DNA of 42,723 nucleotides from Guillardia theta CCMP2712. Lineage: Eukaryota; Protista; Cryptophyta. Shown piece after piece: positions 29,801 to 40,379 of this stretch (position 1 is the first letter of the stretch; the number at the start of each line of letters is the position of its first letter). The stretch is from positions 208,836 through 251,558 of the forward strand of contig NW_005434576.1 of assembly GCF_000315625.1 (NCBI RefSeq), given 5' to 3'. The notes under the pieces are model-generated. The model was not told where the DNA came from and did not search any database. It saw only the letters and a list, made by a program, of their open reading frames with translations. A program made the translations under genes and the position numbers.

Positions 29801-30709
29801 TCCCAGCAAGAGGACACCGCTGTCCTCCTCAGTTCATGGCCCTATACCTGCATTTTTCCTCCACTTTCCTCCCACCTCCCACCTCCCACCTCACCTGCTT
29901 CAGCAAGACTCTGTTGCCCCCGCAGACAGGGCACGATGAATTCACCAAAATCCCCGTTCCATCACATCTCGTACATGTGGTATTCATGAACTGCCAAAAC
30001 TTTCCGAGTGGCTCTCGATCCTACAACATCCGCACCGTCACTTGCGCAAAGTGGCCGACTCAACCAGCCGATAGCCTCACAGTCTCTTCCTCACCTGCAC
30101 GGAGTGAGAGCATCGGAATCCTGACCCATGGCAGAAAGGGCAAGGCAAGATATCGTGCTTGTGCGCTGCCCCGGAGCCGTGGCAGTGGCTGCAGACCTCC
30201 TGCCGTGTGAAGGAGACGTTGAACTCGCTACCGAGGTAGAGGTCGAGCAGCTCGACGTCCAATGTCACCATCATGTCAGACGCCTTTGTCGGCTTTTCCT
30301 CTGCTGGAGGTTTGTAGTTGAAGTAGAACTCCCCTCCTCTGAACTTGAGGTGAAGCTCCAGAGGCTCGTGGGTGGTCTCTGCCCTCTGCCCGGGGTCTTT
30401 GTCGTCTTCCTTGCTGTCTCCTGACCCACTGTTGTCGTATGCTCGCCTCCTCTCTTCGTCGGAGAGCACTTCATACGCCTCGGCGATCATCATGAACCGC
30501 TCCTCTGCTCCTTCCTCCTTGTTCTTATCGGGATGATACTTCAACGACATCTTATGATAGGCTTTCTTGATTTCAGCAGGCTTGGCATTGGGCAAGACCC
30601 CAAGGATCTTGTAGTAATCCTTCTTCTGCTCCGCTGCATGCGATATCCTCCACTCCCAGGACAAGATGCATCCTAGGAAAAAGAGGAGGAAACGTTCGGG
30701 TGCTTTCAT
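26823..30709 (-). CDS. Secretory-pathway type-I DnaJ/Hsp40 (Scj1/ERdj3-like) with an additional C-terminal beta domain; multi-exon
   Basis: N-terminal signal; J domain DYYKILGV...KYHPDKNK...[16 protein letters not shown]; four Zn repeats [30 protein letters not shown]; C-domain [56 protein letters not shown]. Attachment of the exons below about 28780 is inferred. Confidence 0.85.
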
Positions 30710-31379
30710 CCTGCTGTGAATGAATGGGTTGCAACCTGCACTCTCTTCTCTCTCACTGGGTCATCACCTCTTCCTTCTCACATCGTTCGTCATTGACTGG
30801 ACCTCAGGCCGTTCCTGGAGTCTCAAGTGAGTGCATGGAAATGGAATCTTGCAACGGATAACGAAATCAAGCCGAGTCAGTTCTATGATTGGCAACATCA
30901 AGTGCTATGGCATTCAAAATCTTCTAGGAGCAGTTCAAACTGTCCTTCATTGACATGAAAGAACCTCCCCTTGACTTGGATCGTGCCATCACACTCCGAG
31001 CGCGGTTGCCTTCAGCCACTGGCTCAACCATATCCTAACTTCCTATACACGATCCCCGCAATGCTCTGCCTCCCTGAGGGGAAACTTTCTGATAACATCA
31101 AGGACAGCAAGTGAACTCTTGCAGTGCACTGATCTTCTACCTTCCTCCCCCTCCCCTCCCCTCCCCTCCCCTCCTCCTTTCTTCCTCCTCATGACCCTGT
31201 GCGCTGTCGGAGCATTGTGACTTGTCGCCCGACAGGAAGCGATTTCCACTACATTCCAAAGTTCGAAGATTGGCCTTGAAACTTTCAAAATTAGAAAAGA
31301 AATTCATCTGCAATTGGGGCCCCTTCTCCAATCGTCCTGAGGCAGGTTCAGGTGAATATGGATTTGAGCGTCACCAGTT

Positions 31380-31700
31380 AATTTGAAATATTTCGATTAA
31401 ATTTGAGAAGATGGTGACCTGATTTCACTCTTCACTGAAAAATTCCCATCTCCGGGCCCGGCGAGGCGAGCTGACCGCAGCGGCCGGAATTCTATTTGTA
31501 CCATGATATTTCAGTCAAAAATAAATATAGTCACAATAAAAAAATGTGATAATTGACCGAAATGTTGGTCGACTGGGCCTTGGTAATTGCATACTTTATT
31601 GATATCAACTAGCTTGTAGTCATGGTGATTTTAATTCCAAGGCGCTGAAACAAGACTTATATTTCTCTGTTACCCGTACTTCAGAGGTATTTTGTGAGGG
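31380..31700. promoter_or_regulatory. AT-rich divergent promoter region with a mini palindrome island (31450-31490)
   Basis: Between head-to-head DnaJ and MFS genes; ccgggcccgg...gcggccggaattc embedded in AT-rich DNA. Confidence 0.4.
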
Positions 31701-31790
31701 TAGTATACGATCAAATACAGACACACATACACAAATCCCTGGAATTGAAGGGGAATAACGAGGAAATCCGCTCCCCCCGGCCCCCTGTCC

Positions 31791-33500
31791 ATGGCGGGGA
31801 CGCGGAGAATAGCGCTGATCGCCGCATGCGCATGCGCGGCCGATGCCTTCAGCATGACAGGAGCAGGTGGACAGAGTTTCTTGAGAGCTCAGCGTCCCAT
31901 CGCCTTCTCTTCCCCTCGCCCTCTCCTTGCTGGAAAGAACCTTCATTTTACCTCTCCTCTCAAACTCAATGGGTGGAGTATCAGGGGCCGAAATGCGAGG
32001 GTGAGGAGAGGGAGGGAGCAGATGAGTCTTGTGCCATCAAGTGTGGCAGGCGCACTAACGAAGGCAACCAGCACTCCTGATGCTCTGTTCCAAACCATCT
32101 TCCTGGGGTTGGCAGCGGTCGCTGCACTTGCGAACATCGCGGTGAGGGACTTTAAGCAAGCAGAAAAGAAGGAGGAGAAACCTGAGGGGGTGAAGAACCT
32201 TCAGATTCGTTTTCTGATCGTGTTCTGGCTGCTCAGGATGGCAGACTGGCTGCAGGGTCCTTACTTTTACGAGGTATATGCTAGCAAGATCATCGGAGGT
32301 AGCCCAGTCAGTCTGGATCTAGTCTCCAAGCTCTTCCTCATAGGGTTTGGGACCACTGGGTTGCTTGGAGCATACGTGGGCAAGCTGGTTGACTCCAAGG
32401 GAAGAAAGGCAGGCACTCTTGCCTTCACTCTCCTCTACACCATCGGCGCTCTCTCCACCAAGTCCTCCCTCCTCTGGGTGCTCGTGCTTGGAAGGCTCGC
32501 AGGAGGGGTGGGAACCAGCCTCCTCTTCTCTGCTCCAGAGTCTTGGCTGGTAGGAGAGCACAACAAGAAGGGATTCGACGGTAAGTGGCTCGGACAGACC
32601 TTCGGCTGGGCGTATGCCGGGGACAGCCTCGTGGCAATCTCAGCTGGACAGCTTGCCGGGGCTGCGGCTGCCGCACGAGGACCAGCCGGTCCGTTCGAGA
32701 TCTCCGTGGTGTTCCTGGCAGCTGGAGCCTTGCTGGCAGCAACGACATGGAAGGAGAACGTCGCGCCCAAGAGTGGGAGCGAGAGCGCCGGGCCGACGAT
32801 AGGAGAGGCATGGAGGGTGATGATGGAAGATAAGAAGATTCTTCTGGTTGGGATCGTGCAAGCTCTGTTTGAAGGAGCTATGTACATCTTCGTGCTGCAG
32901 TGGCCTCCCTCCCTCATCGCAGTGGTCAACAATGGACAAGTCCCCTTCGGCAAAGTCTTCTCCTGCTTCATGGCCAGCTGCCTCATAGGAAGTACGCTCT
33001 TCGGAGCTCTGAGCAAGAAGGGCGTTGAGGTGCGAAGCGCGCTCTCCCCTTGACTCGATTGCTGATGCCCTCTTTCTCAGGTCGAGAAGTCGACGTCGAT
33101 GATGCTTCTTGCAGCAACCTGCGCCATGGCAGTCGCTACCAGCTGTGGCTCATCGCTCGCAGCGATCACTGCTGCTTTCTTGGTGTTTGAGTTGTGCGTC
33201 GGAATGTATTTTCCCTCCATTGGAACTCTTCGATCGAAGCATGTTCCTGAGAGCCATCGAAGCGTCATCATCAACATCTATGGCATCCCGTTGAACCTCA
33301 TCGTGGTGTCTGTCTTCCTCTCCATCAAGCAGCTCGGAGTCTCCGGGGCCCTCGCCTGCTCGACTCTTGCCTTGTCCCTTGCCACAGGTAACGAAGATTT
33401 CTGTTTGCGTCCATTGACAGTTGTGCCTGCAGTGTCTCAGTTCCTGCTGTGGAGGACAGTCTCTGCTGGCAAGAGCTTGGGAGGGGCCAGTGACAAGTGA
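31791..33500 (+). CDS. MFS molybdate-anion transporter family (MOT2/MFSD5) with a bipartite plastid-targeting presequence
   Basis: ADWLQGPYFYEVY, LVDSKGRK, GRLAGGVGTSLLFSAPESWLVGEH, QALFEGAMYIFVLQWPP, FELCVGMYFPSIGTLRSKHVPESHRSVIINIYGIPLNLIVV; introns 33030-33080 and 33388-33432. Confidence 0.9.
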
Positions 33501-33685
33501 CAGTCTACGAATGGCAAGGCGATGGAGGAAGATTGCAGAATCGTCTGAAACTCCACAACAGAACGAGATTAAGTTGAGGATGTAAATGTACGAAGAAAAT
33601 AAAATGACAATAGTGAGAGGAAGTCAGCAAACAAATCAAAGAGAGAGTTTTAGATACATGTTCTAATTACAAAGAGATTGTACAA

Positions 33686-35062
33686 CTATGTTGATTGGAC
33701 ACGGTCCATGTCCGACGAAGTGCAATGAACCTCATCGCACCACAAGCATCGCAACAGCCCACTGTCGGAATTCTTGTTCTCGTTGGTGCTGAAGTAATCG
33801 ACCTGCCATGGCTCACGAGGCCTCTCCGCAGCAACGTGCATGTACTCAGCAACCGAGTAACGTTCAAAGACTGCGCTGAGTGTGCTTCCAGTGCCTTGTA
33901 AGCCAGCAATTCTTTTAACATTGGTATTGTAGTCGATCTGATTCAATTCATGCATTTTGCAAGCTAATTTTTTTATGGTCTTCTCGGACGTTCTGGTCAG
34001 GAAAATCATATCGGAGAAAGGGATTGTGCTCTTATTCAGGTTGTGAAGCGCAAATGTGATAGCAGCTCCAGCGATCTCTCCTGGTGTCATCCCAACCGAT
34101 TGACCTTCCATGAGAAAAAGTGAAGCGGCGTACTGTGCCATGCATTTGGTTTGGTGGTCCAGTTCCAAAGACATGCACAAGGCGTTGATATAAGAGATCG
34201 GTGTCACAGCCCGAAGTTCGAACTCGGTGAACTGAAGAATAGCAATTTCCTGTTTCTGTATATCCGATACTTGGTAACAGCCATCGCAGATCCATGCAAG
34301 ATCCATGAGAGTTGGGTGCATAATCTCGCACAGCTTGCAGGCGATGAACAGGCAAGTGATCCCCACCAATTGTATTTGACTGTAATGGATATCATGTCGA
34401 GCCGTCAGGTTCCTATCTACAAGCAAAATCGCAGTCTGAAGAGTTTCGGTTGTGAGCTTGAATTCGCCTTGCACATCAACTAACCAATCTACAAGGATTT
34501 TCCTGTTCTTCCCAAAAAGATTTTTCCCCTTGCCAGACAAATCCGGCACTGGCGCCACTTTTGCATACCTCTCAATTCGGTAGAGAGAGAAGAAATTCGT
34601 CAAGCAAGGCATTAGAAGTTTCCGTCGCAGCGATGCACTGTTCTTGATCGTTGTGTGAAACATTTTGCAGGTCGAGTAAACCTTCTTCAGTTCGTCGAAG
34701 TCCATGTTTTCAAAAATCATAGACAGCGTGTCTCCGAGGGCAGAAAATGATTTCAACCAGTTGAAGATCATGCCATTTTCTGACTCAAACTTGATCTAAT
34801 GAACGGGAACAAGTCAGGAAAAAGACATACATCAAAGGAATTCGCATACCGGTCTTGGGCAGACTCTCCGTCGCAGATTCAGGCTCGGGGAAGAAATCAT
34901 GAGTTTTGCAGGAATCATCGCTTGAAGTTGTTGGGCATCATAGTTTTCAGGGCTATTGCAGACTCGATCTAAGTCCTTGTCTTGAAACTCTTTTTGCTCG
35001 ATCTTGTAATGTACTTTCTCCTTGACTCCTGCGCACTCAACGATCTTGAGGTGTGGCCCCAT
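33686..35062 (-). CDS. Cyclin (A/B-type cyclin box, N and C folds) with an N-terminal F-box-like motif
   Basis: join(35062..34850, 34795..33686) is in frame across a 54-nt GT-AG intron; F-box-like LGDTLSMIFENMDFDELKKVYSTCKMFHTTI; cyclin box NRKILVDWLVDVQGEFKLTTETLQTAILLVDRNL...QLVGITCLFIACKLCEIMHP...KQEIAILQFTEFEL. Confidence 0.9.
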
Positions 35063-35296
35063 TGCACCCGCTACGGCGATTCAATGAAGAGGTATAGCGG
35101 GAGCAGTTTCGAGAAGAAAGCTGGTTTGACGCAAGCTCACTCCCAACGTGGAGTGAGGCTTGCAGGTTGAGATGTAGACTTTTGATCTGATCGTGATGTC
35201 GCTTCGAAGCTTTCAGTGTGGTCTTCTTAACCTTCGACGACTCTTTCCTCTCCTCTTCCTCGTCGCTTCCACAAACTTTCGCGCGCGCTGCTTGGC

Positions 35297-35303
35297 TATA
35301 TAA
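35297..35303 (-). promoter_or_regulatory. Candidate TATA box of the cyclin gene
   Basis: TATATA at the gene-proximal edge of the ACCCC block, about 240 nt before ATG 35062. Confidence 0.4.
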
Positions 35304-35304
35304 C

Positions 35305-35960
35305 CTCGCACCCCGCCCCACCCCCACCCTCTAATTGCCCTTCCCCTACCCCATGAAGTCGTCGGTCAGAATACCCCACCCCCTCTCGTGCTTCACCTGG
35401 TCAATTAAAGCAAATTATGAAAATATTTCGATGACCTCACCTATATATTTACTCAGAAGAATACCCCTTCTTCATCTCTTTGGGTTTTCAATTCCGAAAT
35501 ATTTCCTGAGAAAGCGAGCAAAAACCGTACTACCCCACCTTTCTCAAAGTTGTTCTCACCACCCGGAGTTCCAATACGGTACCCCCACCCTCTCCGTCGA
35601 TTCTCCCGCCTCCACTTCCCTCCCGCCTTCAGCCCGTGAATCAATATTTAGGGGGTGGGGTTATTTTTATCACCGGTGTGTAATTCAAAGTTCTCCTCTA
35701 ACCCCTATATTTCACCTAATTTACTACAGATAAATGCCTACAAATACGAACCCTTGAAAATTGTCCAGTAGTGGTCAGTACCCCTACCCCCATACACCAT
35801 GCCTTCGGAAACTTGGTCAAATATGCCTGGCCAGCCCCTTTTCTGTGCGGCTCAGCGACCCACCCTCTACTTTGCTGACCTACGAGTACCCCTTTTTTGA
35901 CATCTAAATGAGGGGTAATGAATCAGGAGGTGGTGATAAAGGGGGGGTGGAGGTACAGGG
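35305..35960. promoter_or_regulatory. Large ACCCC/GGGGT motif block upstream of the cyclin
   Basis: Roughly 15 ACCCC/GGGGT words by eye, often as (T)ACCCC(A)CCC. Confidence 0.5.
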
Positions 35961-35984
35961 ACGCTTCGATCATCATAATTTGGC

Positions 35985-36970
35985 GCGAGTCGGCCACTCC
36001 TGAAATCCTACCTGACTTGAAAGGCCACCGCCCGCCCCGCCCGCCCCAGCGGCACCCCGGTCAGTGCGGGGATGTGCCTCGTTTTTTACTTTCCGGCCGG
36101 CGCCGCCAGGCGGCCAGGGCGCGGCCGGCGCCCCGGGCCGGGCGCACTGTGACTCGCAGCCGCTGAGCCGCCAGGAGCGGCGAGCCGCGGCAGCCTGGGC
36201 TGCGGCGCGCCCGGCCGGGCCGCCGCCCGGAGAGTCACCGTCGGTCACTGCCATCACGCGGCGCCGCCGCGGCGGCCCACCGGGCCCGGCGGTACCGTCC
36301 GATCGGCGGCCGCCGTCCCACTAGTAGGGCCCGCAGCAGTCACTTCCCATATTGGCCCGGTATGGAGGATCATCGCCGGGATCGCGGCGACTCACCGCCG
36401 GGGCCCGGGCCCCCGCGGCCCCGGGCCCGGGGGCCCGCGGCCAGTCACTGACCGTCCTGAGTCACTGCCCGGAGTGGTAGCGCCGGGCCGCCCCGGCGCG
36501 GCGGCCGCCGGGCCGGCCGTCACGGCCACGGCAGCCTCGGACGGTGCCAGGCTTCGGACTGCAGTCCGATCGGATTGGATCACGGTGCCCGGCCGGCCCG
36601 GCGGGGGCCCGGCCCGCCGGCGGCCGGCCGGCGGGGCTCCCCAGGTCCGCCCCCGAGTCCGGTCACCACACGGTAACTTCGGCGTGCTGGAGCGGCGGCC
36701 GCCGCCGGCCCGGGCCTCGGCCCTGGCCTGAGCTGAGCGGCGCCCGGCGCGCGGCCGGGCCGCGTGACCCGTGACCGTACCGTACGATATCGGCGACCGA
36801 GGCTTACTGGTCACGGGTCACAGTTAACAAAACTCTCCCCCCGTACGGTAAACTTCCCACTCCTTCACTCAGCAAACTTGATTGAAACGGCCCGGGGGCC
36901 CGGCTGGATCGATCGGACTCCTCTCAGTGACGGTGATCTGCTCCGGCGGCGAGTGATCGCGGTACCATGA
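35985..36970. promoter_or_regulatory. GC-rich palindrome-word island 5 (between divergent cyclin and ZNG1)
   Basis: ccgggcccggg arrays, ccgtaccgtacgatatcgg, ccgatcgga, cagttaac, gagtcactg. Confidence 0.55.
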
Positions 36971-36998
36971 TGTGCGGGGATGAGGGCTCGTGAAGCAC

Positions 36999-38222
36999 AT
37001 GGCATCGCCTGCTGCAGGGCACAACACGGCGGGGCAGGCGAAGCCGCTGGTGTATGGCTTCGGCGAGGAGAAGGAGGAGAGGGAGGGAGATCATAGCCGT
37101 CTTGAAGCAGGAGATGAAGGATGTAATGAGGAGAAACTTGTTCCTGTGACGGTTCTATCGGGATTCTTGGGCTCTGGGAAAACCACCTTGCTCAACAGGT
37201 TTGAGAGAGAGGTGGAAGGGGAGAAATCATGACCATCTATGTACAGGATCTTAACTTCACACCATGGAAAGAGGATAGCAGTGATTCAGAATGAGTTTGG
37301 TGAGGATCTAGGGCTGGGAAGCGCACTCGCGGCAGAAGGTAAGGCGGGGCAGATCTTTGAAGAATGTTTCGAGATGAACAACGGGTGTATATGCTGCTCA
37401 GTACGTGACGATTTGATCAACACGCTAGAAAGAATCATGAAAAACAGGAACAAGTTTGACTACATCCTCGTGGAGACTACTGGGATGGCAAACCCGGGCC
37501 CTATCGCTTCAATTTTCTGGCTTGATTCAGAGCTAGAAAGCTCCTTACATCTGGACGCTATTGTGACCCTGGTAGACGCCAAGCACATCCTCAAGCATCT
37601 GGACGATCCTGCACTATGCAGCAGCTTGGAGGCAGCTCAACAGATCGCGTTTGCTGACAGGATCCTCTTGAACAAGATCGACCTGGTCACGGAGGCTGAG
37701 GTGGAGGTGGTGGAACGGAGGCTGAGGGAGATCAACGGTGTCGCTCCAATCTACCGCACACAGAATTCTGAGATTGACCTCGACAACATCCTGGACGTGA
37801 AAGCGTTCGATGCCGAACGCGCCAAAGAGGTCGAGCTGGGCACCTCAGCCGACAAGGGTTGTGAGCACGGAGAAGATTGCAGCGGGCATGATCATAGTAG
37901 CAAGGTCAACCACGATAGCAAGATCGGGACCGTTTCTTGCTCGGAGGATCGCGCGCTCGATGAGAGGAAGCTCAACCTGTGGCTGGGAGGAGTGCTCTGG
38001 GAGAACGAGGGCGGAATGACCATCTTTAGGATGAAGGGGCTGCTGACTATCCATGGCGAAGAGACTCAGATGGTCCTGCAAGGAGTACACAACCTGTTCG
38101 ACATCCTCCCTGCGCAAGCTCAAGTTGATTCGCAATCTCGCAGCAAGATTGTCTTCATCGGGCAGAACCTCGACCGGCTCGCACTGCAGAAAGGCCTGTC
38201 ATCTTGTGTACAACTGCAGTAA
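36999..38222 (+). CDS. ZNG1: COG0523/CobW-family zinc-regulated GTPase metalloprotein activator (ZNG1/CBWD-like)
   Basis: Walker A SGFLGSGKTTLLN, IAVIQNEFG, GCICCS, VETTGMANP, QIAFADRILLNKID, His-containing linker, CobW_C IFRMKG...QGVH...SKIVFIGQNLD; intron 37199-37246. Confidence 0.93.
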
Positions 38223-38258
38223 ATGTTTGCCAGCAGCATGAATTGCTTCATTCAATGC

Positions 38259-39581
38259 CTATCTCTTCACCCACTGGAACTTCTTACGTGCCTTGGGCTG
38301 TCCTGGCTTCTTCCTCTCAACACGACGATCGTCCTGGTGCAGCAACTTAATCGCCTTGAGCATGGCGCGGAAGCTAGGGTCGAACGCCTGCACCCTCGTC
38401 ACCCCAGCCGACACAGTGCCATTCTCCTCACCTGCATCGCGCGCGCGACACCCAGCTTGATCGCTTGCGCTTGAGCTGATTTTCCTCCTCCTTTCACCGT
38501 GCACCACACGTCATATTCCAGTCTGCCACCACACACGTGGATGGGAGAGTAGATCTCGTCGCGCAGGGTCACACGAGGAAAGTAGTCAACCTGAGAACGG
38601 GAATTGAGAACAGAAAGTCTCAGCTTTAGCTCCTCTCCTCACCAATCGCTTCTTGTTGATCGTTACCACCCCAGTTCCTTTCGCCACAAATACACGCGCT
38701 ACGGCTGTCTTCCTCTTGCCTGGAAGCAGGTTCAGACAATCAAGAGAAGGGGGGTATCATAACTTGATCACCCGTTGCGTACGCACGTCCCAAGGCATCA
38801 AGGACGGGAATCTTCTTCCTTGCGATCTCTTCAGACTTGGCGATGATTTTCTTGACTTGCTTGGGAGCTGCTTCTTGCTTTTCCCTCTCGATTGAATAAT
38901 ACTCCTCCATCAACTCCTGTTGAAACACGACAATACAATCAGAAACTCCTTGCCTCCCATACAAGATTCTTGCTAGATCACAGAGACAAGCAGAGCAGGC
39001 ACCATCACCTACAAATAACCGCCATGGCTGTGCTAGTGCAGTCGTCTCACCTCAAGTGGAGGCATAGGAGGAATAAACTTTTCAATTGCTCTGTCAGAGA
39101 GATCGCTCAACTCCGCCTCACTCAGTTCTTTGCCAGCGGCTTGTTCTCTCATCCACTTCAACGCATTTTCAAGATTCTGCCTGTGCGGCGCATATTCGTC
39201 GTCTCCTTCATGCCTGAAAGAGAACTTCCAGTTTGGGTCTGCAGGAGGTGCGTCCTCTACGGTAACTTTGGGGCCTTTGTCCTTGCTCTCTGAGCTGTTC
39301 TCCTGGCCATTCTTTCCAGTCTCATCAGTTGACATCTGTCTCACTTGGCCGCCAAGAGCGCCAGGGAACCCCCGCATACTCATGACCAGTCGCCCTTTCA
39401 GCTGTACGAGGTGTCCGCAGGGAGCGGCAATGCGCATCTTGGAGCTCAAGGCGCCAGCAGGAGAGAGGGAGGAGAGAGATCGAAGAGGAGTGAGCATGAG
39501 CTTCTGCATCCTCGCTGGGGCTCGGCGCATGAATGTCGCCATCCTCGCAACCCCCGCGGCAGCCTCCTTCCCGAGGAGCAT
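38259..39581 (-). CDS. MRPS9: Mitochondrial ribosomal protein uS9m (S9), multi-exon
   Basis: Arg/Ser/Leu-rich presequence; GRAYATG|RRKTAVARV, VKGGGKSAQAQAIKLGVARAM, DDRRVERKKPGQPKARKKFQWVKR*. Confidence 0.92.
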
Positions 39582-39639
39582 GCCGCGGCTTTCCGTTACA
39601 GATGCGTCTGAACCGTTATTTCTGCCGGTTGAAATATCG

Positions 39640-40150
39640 GAACGGCGCCGCCGCCGAGTCCGCGGCCGGCCCGGCCGGGTGACGCGGCCCGGCCCGGCCA
39701 CTGTGCCGCTGCCAGAGTGAGTCGGACAGACACTGAGACACGGAGTTGTGACCGTCGGACCGTCGCTGGTCGGCCGCGTACCGTACGGTCGGACTCCCGG
39801 AGCCTGGCTCGGCGCCGGTCACCGGGTTTGAAGGCTCAGAGTCTTCAACTTGGCACATGCCGTGAGTCAGCCTTTGTCTTGTAGTAGACCACCACCGGCA
39901 GTACGGTCCTCAGGACCCCCCGCAGCTGTGGTGCCCGGGGCCGGCCATCCGACTTCCCAGTGCCCCGGTGTACCGGATAGTGGGAGGACCGTCACGTTCA
40001 CTGCCGCGGCTGCCGCGCCCGGGCCCCCGTGGCGGCACCAGCCTGCCAAACTGAACCCATGACCCGGGCCCCGGCGGGCTGCCGCTGTGCGCCGGCGCCC
40101 CCCGGCAACGGAAGTTGCCAAGTCGGCAGACTTGGAGCTCCGAGGCGGAA
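39640..40150. promoter_or_regulatory. GC-rich palindrome-word island 6 (5' of MRPS9)
   Basis: gcgtaccgtacggtcgga, cggccggcccggccggg, gtgagtcag, caacttggca. Confidence 0.55.
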
Positions 40151-40379
40151 GCGCCACATCACTCACTGACAGTGTACCGTGCAAATTACTTTTATTACGG
40201 CTTGAAGGAGTCACTACAGATGAGTCACTGTCAAGAGGGTCCGACCCGCACGGCTCAGCTGCTGAGGTCCAGGTGACAGTAAGGAGCGAAATCAGGTGAA
40301 CATGCCCAGCTGCCATCGCTCCTTCCATGGCCTCCCTGCCGGCGGCCAGTTCCTGCCATGGCAGCGACTCAGTAATGCA

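Noticed and set aside
31791-38222. Metal-homeostasis cluster (molybdate transporter plus Zn metallochaperone)
   Set aside because: Separated by an unrelated cyclin with independent promoters; adjacency is plausibly chance
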